Positions 27,471-37,552 of a DNA stretch of 64,000 bases are shown here, piece after piece. Position numbers and translations under genes: made by a program. Location of the stretch: NCBI GenBank assembly GCA_944388735.1, contig CALXJX010000004.1:924-64923 (forward strand). Direction: 5' to 3'. The notes beneath the pieces are model-generated. The model saw only the letters and a list, made by a program, of their open reading frames with translations, was not told where the DNA came from and did not search any database. How positions within the stretch are numbered: the stretch's first letter is position 1; every line of letters starts with the position of its first letter. The stretch is from an uncultured Clostridia bacterium. Its GTDB lineage: Bacteria > Bacillota > Clostridia > TANB77 > CAG-508.

Positions 27471-27950
27471 TTAACGATGATAAGTTTCTCCATTGGAAAT
27501 TTTAAAAGCACGAAATATTTGCTCTAAAAGAAAAACTCTTATTAATTGATGCGGAAAAGTCATCTTGGAAAAACATATTTTTTGATTAGATTTTAATAAT
27601 AAATCTTTCGTTAGACCTAAAGAACCACCAATTATAAAAGTAAGAGAACTATTTTCCATAGATATTTTTTGTAATTCTTGAGAGAACTCTTCAGATGAAA
27701 ATTCTTTGCCACTCAAATCCAAACAAAATATGTAGGAATCTTTTTTGATATTATTTAAAAGCATACTACATTCTTTAGTTTTAATTTCATTAGTAATGTT
27801 ATCATTTATTTTATTAGGAATTTTTTCATCAGGTAATTCAATAATTGATAATTTGCAATATTTAGATAATCTTTTAGAATATTCATCTATAGCATCTTTT
27901 AAATATTTTTCTTTTATTTTTCCAATACAAAGAATATTTATATTTAACAT
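27471..27950 (-). CDS. rlmH: 23S rRNA (pseudouridine1915-N3)-methyltransferase RlmH
   Basis: 159 aa SPOUT protein: IGKIKEKYLKDAIDEYSKRL...IGGSLGL...MTFPHQLIRVFLLEQIFRAF. Confidence 0.9.
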   Translation of the reverse strand: MLNINILCIGKIKEKYLKDAIDEYSKRLSKYCKLSIIELPDEKIPNKINDNITNEIKTKECSMLLNNIKKDSYIFCLDLSGKEFSSEEFSQELQKISMENSSLTFIIGGSLGLTKDLLLKSNQKICFSKMTFPHQLIRVFLLEQIFRAFKISNGETYHR

Positions 27951-28072
27951 TTAAATAGATATACCTCTTTTCAATAAAATAAATTTGTTTTTTGAAAATA
28001 TAAAATTTTTGTAAAAAATAATTTTGAGTGACATTTTTACACTATTATAAGAAGTCATTTAATAAGTAGATT

Positions 28073-28861
28073 TTATATTGTTATTAATTTACTATGTTCA
28101 GTTCTACTTGCAACAGATAATAGTAGAGAATTTTCATTATAGTTATTTTCTAATAATTCATCTACAACGGTTTTGTATGCTAGTTCTGGAAAATTACTTT
28201 CTTTACTTAGATGTCCTAACATAGCATTTTTAAGTCCAGATTTAATTAAATAAGAAATTGTTTTTCCAGCCATTTCATTAGATAAATGACCTGTTGGACC
28301 AGCAATTCTCGTTTTTAAATTAAAAGGATATGTAGAACATTTTAAAACATTAGGATCATAATTTGCTTCTAGCATTATAAATAAACTTTCTTCTAATTCT
28401 TTTAAAATGGAATTTGTTATGTGACCAATATCAGTTGCTATACTTATTTTTTTATCATCTTTATAAATATTGAAACCGCAAGGGTTGGCGGCATCATGAG
28501 GAATTGAAAAAGGATTTATAGTTAAATCTCCAATTTCAAATTTTTCCGTTACTTTAAATGTTTTAATGTTCTTATCAGAAATTTTATCTTTTTGTGTAGG
28601 CATTGCATCTAAAGTTTCTTGATTTACAAACACTGGTAAGTCAAACTTTTTTGATAAAGTTCCTAATCCTTGTACATGGTCAGTATGTTCATGTGTTATT
28701 AAAATACCATCTAAAGTAGAAGGGTTTACATCAATATCTTCTAAAGCTTTTTCTATTTTTTTGCAACTAACACCAGCATCTACTAATATTTTAGTATTTT
28801 GACTTTCTACAAAAAGGCTATTTCCACTACTTCCGCTATATAAACTACAAAAATTAAACAT
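28073..28861 (-). CDS. MBL-fold metallo-hydrolase (YycJ/WalJ-like)
   Basis: HEHTDHVQG (HxHxDH), 262 aa, GSSGNS near the N-terminus. Confidence 0.8.
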   Translation of the reverse strand: MFNFCSLYSGSSGNSLFVESQNTKILVDAGVSCKKIEKALEDIDVNPSTLDGILITHEHTDHVQGLGTLSKKFDLPVFVNQETLDAMPTQKDKISDKNIKTFKVTEKFEIGDLTINPFSIPHDAANPCGFNIYKDDKKISIATDIGHITNSILKELEESLFIMLEANYDPNVLKCSTYPFNLKTRIAGPTGHLSNEMAGKTISYLIKSGLKNAMLGHLSKESNFPELAYKTVVDELLENNYNENSLLLSVASRTEHSKLITI

Positions 28862-28879
28862 ATATCTTCTTTCCTTTGT

Positions 28880-30139
28880 TTATTCTTTTACTCTTTCGAT
28901 TTTCGCTCCAATTTTTCTGAACTTTTCTTCGATGTTTTCATATCCGCGATCTATGTGCTCTAAGTTATATATTTCTGTTGTACCTTCAGCTACAGTACCA
29001 GCAATTACTAGAGCTGCACCTGCTCTTAAATCAGAAGAATATACAGGAGCTCCATATAATTTTTTTACACCTTCAAAAAATGCTGTTTTACCTTGAGCTG
29101 TTATTTTTGCTCCCATTTTATTTAATTCTTCTGTATATTGGAATCTTGACTCCCATATACTTTCATTTATAATACTGCTACCATTTGCAATAGATAAGAC
29201 AACACCCATTTGAGGTTGCAAATCTGTTGGAAATCCTGGATATGGTAGAGTTTTAATATTTGCTTTATTTGGTCTTTTATTACACCAAACTCTGATACTA
29301 TCACCGTAATCTTCAACATTTCCGCCAACTTCTACGATTTTAGCTGTTATTGATTCTAAGTGTTTTGTTATGCAATTTTTTAATAATAAATCACCTCTAG
29401 TTGCAACGGCAGCTAGCATAAAAGTACCAGCTTCTATTTGATCAGGAACAACAGAATAAGTGGCATTTCCGTGTAATTTTTTTACACCATTAATTTTAAT
29501 TACATCTGTACCTGCACCTCTGATATCTGCTCCCATAGTATTTAAAAAGTTAGCAACATCAACAACATGAGGTTCTTTTGCAGCATTATCTATGATTGTT
29601 GTACCTTCTGCTAAAACTGCAGAAAGCATAACATTGATAGTTGCTCCAACAGAAACAATATCCATGTATACAGGAGAACCTTTTAGTTTTTTTGCTTTTG
29701 CATAAATAGTTCCTTTTTCTACTGTTACGGTAGCACCTTGAAGCTCAAATCCTTTTATATGTTGGTCTATTGGTCTTGCACCTAGTTTACAACCACCTGG
29801 CATTCCAACTTCAATTTCTCCCATTCTGCTTAACATAGCACCGATTATGTAATATGAGGCTCTGAATTTGCTTGTTAAATCAAGAGGTGCTTTGGTTGTT
29901 GTTATATTTGTTGTATCTATTGTAATACTGTTTTTATTATTCCATTTGATTTTTGCTCCTAGGGCTTCTAATATTTGACAAGATATTTTTATATCACTTA
30001 TATTAGGTAAATTTTCTATTGTACAAATACCATCTATTAAGAGAGTGGCAGGTAAAATTGCTACGGCTGCATTTTTTGCTCCACTTATTGTCACTTCACC
30101 TTTTAGAGATGTAGGACCTGTAACTACTAATTTTTCCAA
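28880..30139 (-). CDS. murA: UDP-N-acetylglucosamine 1-carboxyvinyltransferase
   Basis: 419 aa; GAKNAAVAILPATLL; active-site loop PGGCKLGARPIDQHIKGF. Confidence 0.95.
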   Translation of the reverse strand: MEKLVVTGPTSLKGEVTISGAKNAAVAILPATLLIDGICTIENLPNISDIKISCQILEALGAKIKWNNKNSITIDTTNITTTKAPLDLTSKFRASYYIIGAMLSRMGEIEVGMPGGCKLGARPIDQHIKGFELQGATVTVEKGTIYAKAKKLKGSPVYMDIVSVGATINVMLSAVLAEGTTIIDNAAKEPHVVDVANFLNTMGADIRGAGTDVIKINGVKKLHGNATYSVVPDQIEAGTFMLAAVATRGDLLLKNCITKHLESITAKIVEVGGNVEDYGDSIRVWCNKRPNKANIKTLPYPGFPTDLQPQMGVVLSIANGSSIINESIWESRFQYTEELNKMGAKITAQGKTAFFEGVKKLYGAPVYSSDLRAGAALVIAGTVAEGTTEIYNLEHIDRGYENIEEKFRKIGAKIERVKE

Positions 30140-30286
30140 TTAAATTACCCCCAATAAATCTTTTAAAGTTATATTTTATTACAAATATGAAGTCCTGCTA
30201 TATTTTTTAAAATATATATAAAATATATGACAGGACGTTATTTCATATTAAAATATAACATAAAGAATAATAAAATGCAACTACTT

Positions 30287-30521
30287 TTTTCGTTTCAGTT
30301 GTTTGTTTAGAGCAGGGCATGGTTCCTTATCTTTTTCATTATCTCCTCGGCTTGCTCCATAGATTATAAATTCTAAGCTTTAAACAACCGAGCCTCTCGT
30401 TAATCACGCTTCCTCAGTTATTTAAAGCTAAGAATTTATACATCTATTCCACTGCACATTCGGATATAATGAAAAAGATAAGGAACCATGCCCTGCTCTA
30501 AACAAACAGCTGAAACGAAAA
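30287..30521. repeat. composite palindromic element: ~127-nt repeat core (M4 module) at the apex of a 54-bp-arm palindrome
   Basis: Arms 30287-30340 and 30468-30521 are reverse complements with one mismatch. The core 30341-30467 is near-identical to 39105-39231 and 51065-51175. Confidence 0.85.
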
Positions 30522-30522
30522 G

Positions 30523-31188
30523 TTAGTTTTTGGCTGTTATTAGGCCACTGTTTGTAAAGAATTCAAGGATTTTAAATTTAAATTGTATCTCGGCGTTAGA
30601 ACTATCAGAAACAAGAGCAAATTCCTCTTCTGACAGATTATCTTCCATTAACTTTTTAGACTCATCTGGAACGATACCTGACGAAATATCTACAAAGCAT
30701 AAAGGAGGAAACATTACACACCACCAATTTTGACCTTTTGCTTCTCCAATTTCAACTCTCAAAGCATCATAAAATCCTGCTGGAAGAGAAATATCACCAT
30801 AATTTTTAGTTGGAAATTGGAAATTCCCAATATTAATTTTTACATCATAATTATAACCATTTTCCTTAACTGTATTTAATGCAATTTCCCTAAACTTTTC
30901 CTTATTTTGTTCTACTAAAATAATCGCTTCTTCCTTTGATTTACAATTACTACATAGAGAATTCATATAATCTAATAAAGAATTTCTTACCTTTATTTTC
31001 AACTCTTGATCCTCTTTGCTATCACTATTGGCTAATATGTGAAGTCTAAAAACACTTTCTGCGATATCTGTTGAGACATTTTCAGCATAAGAAATTGCAC
31101 AAATAGTTGTGTATAGAAATAGTAAAATACTTAATATAATAACAGCTTTTAATTTGGGATTTTTAAATAAATTTAAAAATTTTTTCAT
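30523..31188 (-). CDS. spoIIR: stage II sporulation protein R
   Basis: Signal/TM then FRLHILANSDSKEDQELKIKVRN...GQNWWCVMFPPLCF, the SpoIIR signature. Confidence 0.9.
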   Translation of the reverse strand: MKKFLNLFKNPKLKAVIILSILLFLYTTICAISYAENVSTDIAESVFRLHILANSDSKEDQELKIKVRNSLLDYMNSLCSNCKSKEEAIILVEQNKEKFREIALNTVKENGYNYDVKINIGNFQFPTKNYGDISLPAGFYDALRVEIGEAKGQNWWCVMFPPLCFVDISSGIVPDESKKLMEDNLSEEEFALVSDSSNAEIQFKFKILEFFTNSGLITAKN

Positions 31189-31300
31189 AAGTTACCTCCA
31201 AAAAACTTTTTTTCTAAAATATTCTTTACTATTAATTATTAACAAAATAGAAATTTTTATACATTGTCGAAAAAACACGATGATTTTATTTGAAATATTA

Positions 31301-31329
31301 TTGACATATTTGAAATAAAATGGTAAAAT
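31301..31329 (+). promoter_or_regulatory. promoter candidate for 31389/31401 ORF
   Basis: TTGACA (31301-31306), 17 nt, TAAAAT (31324-31329). Confidence 0.5.
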
Positions 31330-31388
31330 TTACCAGTAGCCAGAAAACCTAAAACCCAATATTCCGTAAATTTTTTTTATTTTGAAAG

Positions 31389-31889
31389 GTGGATTTTTTA
31401 ATGAATAAAAACCAAAAAACAAAAGAAAAGATTTGTACTTTTTTTGCAAGTGATTATCATTTTGAAATGATTAGTTTGCCATATATTGATAAAAACTTGG
31501 AAGAGAACAAAGAGATTGTAATTTTAACAGAAAATAATTTGGAAGAAACAATAAATACTTTATTAGAAAGAATGAATTTTAAAGAAGAAAAACGAAATAA
31601 ATTTTTGAGTATAGATTGGAAAAATAACGATTTAGAAAAATTTAAGTGTATTAAAGAAAATTTAAAGAAAAATAAAGAGATGATTATTTTTATAAAAGGA
31701 AAAGAAAATTATATTCATAATATAAATGGGAATATTGATAAATGGATTAATAATTCTGATAAAATAAAATTGATAGATTGCTATGATATAGAAGAGATAG
31801 GTAGTAATATAGATAAAATAATATGTCAATATCAAAAGATTTTAAATACTTCAGGAGAAAAAGAAACAGACTGTATTAGAAAAATGTAA
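31389..31889 (+). CDS. hypothetical protein
   Basis: 166-aa ORF with no motif recognised. RBS AAAGGTGG fits ATG 31401 (MNKNQKTKEK) better than 31389. Confidence 0.6.
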   Translation: MDFLMNKNQKTKEKICTFFASDYHFEMISLPYIDKNLEENKEIVILTENNLEETINTLLERMNFKEEKRNKFLSIDWKNNDLEKFKCIKENLKKNKEMIIFIKGKENYIHNINGNIDKWINNSDKIKLIDCYDIEEIGSNIDKIICQYQKILNTSGEKETDCIRKM

Positions 31890-31904
31890 CAGTTTAGAGG
31901 TAAT

Positions 31905-32053
31905 TTGGAGAAGCATGATTTCTTGAACAAGATTCGAATGTGCGACAATTTTACGTTAATAAAATTGTGTGCAATAATGCGTAGTTATAGAAAATATCAT
32001 TTTCTATAACTGACCAAGCCAAGAAGATTGTGAAAGAAATCATGCTTCTCCAA
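31905..32053. repeat. modular palindromic repeat, M1+M2 version, inverted orientation
   Basis: Outer arms TTGGAGAAGCATGATTTCTT/AAGAAATCATGCTTCTCCAA. The reverse complement is collinear with 50881-51000 plus 51160-51201. Confidence 0.85.
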
Positions 32054-32193
32054 TTTATCTCTTAACTTTTAAAGAGAAATAGAAAAATTAGTGTAAAAGT
32101 GTTGATTAATTTACAAAAATGTTATATAAATATAAAACAGGTAATTTTAATTATCTGTTTTATTTGCATGTAGTAAAGAAAGGATAGATATAT

Positions 32194-33444
32194 ATGGATA
32201 AAAAAGCAGAAGAAATAAAAGCAATGTTAAAAAAATATGGGCAAGAGCACTTGCTAAATTATTATGAAAAAATGGACGATGTGCATAAAGAAACATTGTT
32301 AAAACAAATTGAAAGTATAGATTTTGAATTGATAAATAATTTATATAGAAATCTAAATAAACAACATAAGAATGAAGAAGATAAAGTGACACCAATTGAT
32401 TTTTTAGATAAATACAAATTAAACGAAAAATACAAATATTATGAGAACATAGGTAAAAAAGCAATTAAAGAAGGAAAATTAGCAGCAGTAACAATGGCTG
32501 GTGGACAAGGTACAAGATTAGGACATGACGGACCAAAAGGAACTTTCGACATGGGCTTAGATTCTCATAAATCTTTATTCGAGATATTAAGTGACTACTT
32601 AAAAGAAGAAGGAAAAAAATATGGAGTAGTAATTCCATGGTTTATAATGACAAGTGAAGAAAATAATAAAGATACAATTGCTTTTTTTGAAAAACATAAA
32701 TATTTTGGTTATCAAAAGAATAAAAATATATTTTTCTTTATTCAAGGTGAATTGCCAATGATAGATACAGAAGGAAAAATTTTACTAAATGAAAATGGAA
32801 TGGTAAAACTAGCTGCTAACGGACATGGAGGAACTTATGAGGCACTTGTAAAAAATGGAATGACTGAAAAGATGAGACAATTGGGTGTTGAATGGGTTTT
32901 TATTGGAGGAGTTGACAATTGCCTAGTAAAAATGGTAGACCCAGTGTTAATGGGTATAGCCATAGATAAAGATGTTACTGTTGCTTGTAAATCTGTTGTA
33001 AAAGCTAATCCACAAGAAAAAGTAGGAGTTTTTTGCAAGAAAAATGGTAAGCCAAATGTAATAGAATATACAGAAATTACTGATGAAATGGCAGAAGCAA
33101 AAAACGAAGATGGTGAATTATTATATGGAGAGTCACATATTTTATGTAATTTGTTTAATATAGAAGCAATTGAAAGAATGGGAGCAAATCCTCTTCCATA
33201 TCATGTAGCATTTAAAAAAGCTAAATACTTAGATAAAGACGGAAATATAGTTGAACCTGATTCTCCTAATGCTTATAAATTTGAAGCATTTTTGTTTGAT
33301 TCTTTCGGAAGCGTAGATGACATGGCAGTTCTTAGAGTAAAAAGAGAGGAAGAATTTGCACCTATTAAGAATTCTGATGATAAAGGGGTAGATTGCCCTA
33401 AAACAGCAAGACAATTGTATAAAAAGTTCTATCACTTAGATTAA
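32194..33444 (+). CDS. eukaryote-type UDP-sugar/UDP-GlcNAc pyrophosphorylase (UDPGP family)
   Basis: MAGGQGTRLGHDGPKG nucleotide-binding loop; NGHGG; 416 aa. Confidence 0.8.
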   Translation: MDKKAEEIKAMLKKYGQEHLLNYYEKMDDVHKETLLKQIESIDFELINNLYRNLNKQHKNEEDKVTPIDFLDKYKLNEKYKYYENIGKKAIKEGKLAAVTMAGGQGTRLGHDGPKGTFDMGLDSHKSLFEILSDYLKEEGKKYGVVIPWFIMTSEENNKDTIAFFEKHKYFGYQKNKNIFFFIQGELPMIDTEGKILLNENGMVKLAANGHGGTYEALVKNGMTEKMRQLGVEWVFIGGVDNCLVKMVDPVLMGIAIDKDVTVACKSVVKANPQEKVGVFCKKNGKPNVIEYTEITDEMAEAKNEDGELLYGESHILCNLFNIEAIERMGANPLPYHVAFKKAKYLDKDGNIVEPDSPNAYKFEAFLFDSFGSVDDMAVLRVKREEEFAPIKNSDDKGVDCPKTARQLYKKFYHLD

Positions 33445-33473
33445 TAATTTTGTAATAATAGTACTTTAGACAT

Positions 33474-33594
33474 TAATTGGGAGAAGAATGATTTCTTGAG
33501 CAATCTTCGAATGTGCCGTGGAATAGATGTATAAATTCTTAGCTTAAAAATAAGCCGAGAAGATTGTGAGAGAAATCAGTCTTCTCCCAATTAA
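33474..33594. repeat. modular palindromic repeat, minimal version, inverted orientation
   Basis: TAATTGGGAGAAGAATGATTTCT...AGAAATCAGTCTTCTCCCAATTAA with inner helix CAATCTTC/GAAGATTG and half of module M4. Confidence 0.85.
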
Positions 33595-33698
33595 TTTTCG
33601 AACTGTTACTTGTAATAATAAAAGATTAGAAAATAATATTGAATTCTAATCTTTTTTTGTGATATGATAGTAAAAAATAAGAAAGAGAGGATAAGTTT

Positions 33699-35423
33699 AT
33701 GAATTATATGGAAGAATATAAAAAGTGGTGTGAAAGTCCAGAATTTGATGAAGAAACAAAGAAAGAATTGTTAGCAATAAAAAATGATGAAAAAGAAATA
33801 GAAGATAGATTTTATAAAGAATTAGAATTTGGAACAGCAGGACTAAGAGGAATTATAGGAGCTGGAACAAATAGAATGAATAAATATACTGTTGGAAAAG
33901 CAACACAAGGATTAGCAAATTATATTTTAGAACAAGGAACACAAGAAAAAGGAGTAGCAATAAGTTATGATTCCAGAAAAATGTCAAAAGAATTTGCATT
34001 GCAAACAGCATTAATTTTATGTGCAAATGGGATAAAGGCATATCTATTTGAAAATCTAAGACCTGTGCCAGAGCTATCTTTTTCAGTAAGAAATTTAGGT
34101 TGTACAGCAGGTGTTATGATTACTGCTAGCCATAATCCTCCAAAATATAATGGATATAAAGTATATTGGGATGACGGTTCTCAAATAGTAAGTCCAAGAG
34201 ATAAAGAAATAATATCTAAAGTAAGGGCAGTAGAAAAATATTCAGAAATTAGAGAAATAACAAAAGAAGAAGCGGAACAAAAAGGATTATTAAAAATTGT
34301 AGGAACAGAAATGGATGATAAATATTTGGATGTATTGAAGAATTTAGTATTAAATCCAGATATTATGAAAGAAGAAGGAAAAGAATTAAAAGTAGTATAT
34401 ACACCACTTCATGGGACAGGTAATACAATCGCAGAAAGACTACTAACAGAATTAGGAATGAAAAATGTATATGTAGTACCAGAACAAAAAGATCCAGACG
34501 GAAACTTTCCAACAGTTGATTATCCAAATCCAGAGGAAAAGAAAGCGTTTAAATTGGCCTTAGAGTTAGCAGAAAAAGTAGGGGCAGATGTTGTTTTAGC
34601 TACAGACCCAGATGCAGATAGACTAGGGATATTTGCAAAAGACGCAAAAACAGGAAAATATATGGAATATACAGGAAATATGTCAGCATTATTGATTGCT
34701 GAGTATAGAATATCACAGATGAAGGAAAAGGGAATATTGCCAAAGAATGGAATGTTTATAACAACTATAGTGTCATCTGATTTAGCTAAAGCAATTGCAA
34801 AATATTATAACTTAGAATGTATAGAAGTATTAACAGGATTTAAAAATATAGGAGCAGTAATGAAAAAAGCTGAAGAAAATCAGGATAAAAAATATGTGTT
34901 CGGATTTGAAGAAAGTTATGGTTGTTTAATTGGAGACTATGCAAGAGATAAAGACGGAATATCAGCAGTTATGGCTCTTTGTGAAGCGGCTTGCTATTAT
35001 AAGTCAAAAGGAAAAACTCTATGGGATGCTATGGGGGATATTTATAAAAAATATGGATATTATAAAGAAGCACAAGTTTCAATATATAGGGAAGGTGCTT
35101 CTGGAGCACAAGAAATAAAAGATATGATGACAAAAATGAGAAATACTGATATAGAAAAAATTGGAGATTATAAAGTATTAACTTTTAAAGATGTAGAACA
35201 AGATATTGTGAAAAATATGATAACAGGTGAAGTAGGAAAAACAGGTTTGCCTAAGTCAAATGTATTGTATTATGAGTTGGAAGATAATAGTTGGTGCTGT
35301 ATTAGACCTTCTGGAACAGAGCCAAAAATAAAGTTATATATGGGAATAAAAGGGACAACAGAAGATGATGCGATAAATAGATTAGAAAAATTAAAAGAAG
35401 CAATGCTGAATTTAGTTCAATAA
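33699..35423 (+). CDS. pgcA: phosphoglucomutase / phospho-sugar mutase
   Basis: 574 aa; phosphoserine loop TASHNPPKYNGYK; metal loop DPDADR; GFEESYG. Confidence 0.9.
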   Translation: MNYMEEYKKWCESPEFDEETKKELLAIKNDEKEIEDRFYKELEFGTAGLRGIIGAGTNRMNKYTVGKATQGLANYILEQGTQEKGVAISYDSRKMSKEFALQTALILCANGIKAYLFENLRPVPELSFSVRNLGCTAGVMITASHNPPKYNGYKVYWDDGSQIVSPRDKEIISKVRAVEKYSEIREITKEEAEQKGLLKIVGTEMDDKYLDVLKNLVLNPDIMKEEGKELKVVYTPLHGTGNTIAERLLTELGMKNVYVVPEQKDPDGNFPTVDYPNPEEKKAFKLALELAEKVGADVVLATDPDADRLGIFAKDAKTGKYMEYTGNMSALLIAEYRISQMKEKGILPKNGMFITTIVSSDLAKAIAKYYNLECIEVLTGFKNIGAVMKKAEENQDKKYVFGFEESYGCLIGDYARDKDGISAVMALCEAACYYKSKGKTLWDAMGDIYKKYGYYKEAQVSIYREGASGAQEIKDMMTKMRNTDIEKIGDYKVLTFKDVEQDIVKNMITGEVGKTGLPKSNVLYYELEDNSWCCIRPSGTEPKIKLYMGIKGTTEDDAINRLEKLKEAMLNLVQ

Positions 35424-35466
35424 AGCTTTGTGCCAAGTGAACCAGTTTCGTTTGGCACAAAGCTTA
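35422..35466. terminator. bidirectional terminator hairpin of the TGCCAA...TTGGCA family
   Basis: 14-bp stem AAGCTTTGTGCCAA/TTGGCACAAAGCTT with a 15-nt loop, between convergent pgcA and ttcA. Confidence 0.7.
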
Positions 35467-36198
35467 TTTCCAATCAGGTAAATTTCTTTGAATTGCTCCA
35501 AATAAATTTGCTTTTAGAGAAGGTATATTTTTAGTCAAAGTAAAAATAAGCTGTTTCATATCTTCTCTTTTTGACTTTCCATCCATTGGACAAACCTTAG
35601 GCATTACAGTAATACCATTCTTTTTAACATATCTTTTAATTTCTTTCTCAGGAGTATAAATTAAAGGTCTAATCAAAGTTATCTTAGTTCTATCCATATA
35701 ACTTATAGGAGAAAAAGTATTAATAGAACCAGTGTATAGTAAATTCAATAAAAATGTTTCTAAAACATCATCTTGATTATGACCTAAAGCAATTTTATTA
35801 CATCTTTCACGTATAGCAATAGAATTAATTACTCCTCTACGCAAATTTGCACATAGAGAGCATGGATTTTTTTCTTTTCGTATATCAAATACTATTTGTT
35901 TTGCGTTACTATTTTCTATGAACAAAGGAATATCAACTTTATTGCAGATATTTTGCAAAAATAAAGTGTCAAAAAACTCAAAACCAGGATTGACACTTAC
36001 CGCTATTATATCAAATTTTTTAGGATAAAATCGTTGTAGAGCTTTAAAAGCATGTAGCATTGTTATTGAGTCTTTACCTCCTGATAAGCAGATAGCAATT
36101 TTATCTCCTTCATTTATCATTTTATAGTCTTCTAGTGCTTTTCGCATATAACTTAATATTCTTTGCATTTTAAATTTTGTTCCTTTCTCTATTCTCAT
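35464..36198 (-). CDS. ttcA: tRNA 2-thiocytidine biosynthesis protein TtcA-like PP-loop ATPase
   Basis: PP-loop SGGKDS, CSLCANLRRG, C-terminal CPMDG. Confidence 0.8.
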   Translation of the reverse strand: MRIEKGTKFKMQRILSYMRKALEDYKMINEGDKIAICLSGGKDSITMLHAFKALQRFYPKKFDIIAVSVNPGFEFFDTLFLQNICNKVDIPLFIENSNAKQIVFDIRKEKNPCSLCANLRRGVINSIAIRERCNKIALGHNQDDVLETFLLNLLYTGSINTFSPISYMDRTKITLIRPLIYTPEKEIKRYVKKNGITVMPKVCPMDGKSKREDMKQLIFTLTKNIPSLKANLFGAIQRNLPDWK

Positions 36199-36231
36199 GG
36201 AGTCATAATATAGATAAAAAATTTTTTCAAA

Positions 36232-36603
36232 TTAATCATTATTAATCTTTTCTTTGTCCTGTTTAGCAAGTAGACCTTCAATTAAGTTCCTTGCTATTTT
36301 TTGATTTTCAGCACTCAGCTTTTTAATATTGTTTATAAAAAAGATGGTGCTTTCATCAAGTGGTAATGCTGTTTCTATGTCAGTTTTGCACATTAGATAA
36401 TCAAGGGTACAGTTGAAAATTTCGCACATTTTTAATTTTATAGAATCTTTAGGAATACTGTATCCAGATTCGTAATTTGCTATTGCAGTTTCACTTTTTA
36501 AATTTAGCTTTTTGGCTAAGTCTTTTTGAGTGTAGCCAATGCTTTCTCTAAGAGTTTTTATTCTATGGCCAATATTATTTTCCTTTTTCATGGTAACCTC
36601 CAT
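36232..36603 (-). CDS. XRE-family HTH transcriptional regulator
   Basis: IGHRIKTLRESIGYTQKDLAKKLNLKSETAIANYESG. Confidence 0.8.
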   Translation of the reverse strand: MEVTMKKENNIGHRIKTLRESIGYTQKDLAKKLNLKSETAIANYESGYSIPKDSIKLKMCEIFNCTLDYLMCKTDIETALPLDESTIFFINNIKKLSAENQKIARNLIEGLLAKQDKEKINND

Positions 36604-37206
36604 TCTGTTGATTTATTTAGTACAAAGAGCCATAAAACAGTGTTTTATTTTTTTGACAATTCCATATATAGTTTATCTGATTATAACATCATTTTAAGGT
36701 TTTGTAAATATAGTATACTCAACAATCTTGAACAACATAACAAAAAAATCAAAAAAATTGAAAAAATATATTGACAAGATTTGTAGAAATATGTAGAATA
36801 TATTCAAGAAAGTTGAAGAGGGGTCTTTAAAAGTTATAAATGCAATCCTACAAAATGCATGTATGACAAGAGATGGCACAAAATAAAAAAATTCGACAGA
36901 ATTTTAATTTCCCTCTTTACTTTTTCATTAAAGTTTGTGTATAATAATAATGGTTTAAATAATAGAAAATAGAGAAAAGATAGAACCGATTTGGCGACCG
37001 ACTATCTTTTCTCCTGTTGGACACACACCAATAGTGTATGTTCATTTCTATTATACATATCTTAAACCCTTATGTCAAGCGACTTTTGAATATTTTTTGA
37101 ATGGAAAATATTTCCATAAACTTTAAAGGTCTGTAAAAAAATATTGTTTAAATAAAATAATTGTTTACTAAAAAATATAATTTATAAAATTGCTTTGCTT
37201 TAAGAA

Positions 37207-37306
37207 TACACATAAATTTTACTTGGGTAAAATTTGGTGTGTGAACAAAAACGCGGGCTTTAAAATCTTATAGACATGCAAAATGCTTAAAAAGCTCAGG
37301 ATTGTT
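37207..37306. repeat. M2+M3 modules of the modular repeat family
   Basis: ACACATAAATTTTACTTGGGTAAAATTTGGTGTGTGAACAAAAACGCGGGCTTTAAAAT... is collinear with 50965-51063. Confidence 0.7.
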
Positions 37307-37357
37307 TTTATGAATAGATAAAATTAAATATCAAAAGATAGGGGAATGTATTAGATA

Positions 37358-37528
37358 ATGGATAATATTGAAAGAATACGAGAATTTATAAATGAAAGGA
37401 TTAGAACTAACAAAGAACTTTTTACAGATGAAGAAATAAAATTTATTAGAGATAATGAAGAATACGTTTACAAAATTTATTTGTTAGGGTTTATAGATGC
37501 AAAGGATTGTTATGATAATAATGATTGA
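37358..37528 (+). CDS. candidate 56-aa acidic helical protein between repeat modules
   Basis: MDNIERIREFINERIRTNKELFTDEEIKFIRDNEEYVYKIYLLGFIDAKDCYDNND; weak RBS; below the track cut-off. Confidence 0.3.
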   Translation: MDNIERIREFINERIRTNKELFTDEEIKFIRDNEEYVYKIYLLGFIDAKDCYDNND

Positions 37529-37552
37529 TAAGAATTTATAATCTATGGAGCT

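Noticed and set aside
31109-31318. 69-aa plus-strand ORF across the spoIIR start region
   Set aside because: It overlaps the spoIIR N-terminus antisense and the intergenic promoter region, and has no RBS.
36526-36879. Two small ORFs (82 and 61 aa) in the gap after the XRE gene
   Set aside because: They overlap each other on opposite strands, lack an RBS and are AT-rich low complexity. The region looks regulatory or non-coding (TTGACA-17-TAGAAT at 36771-36799).
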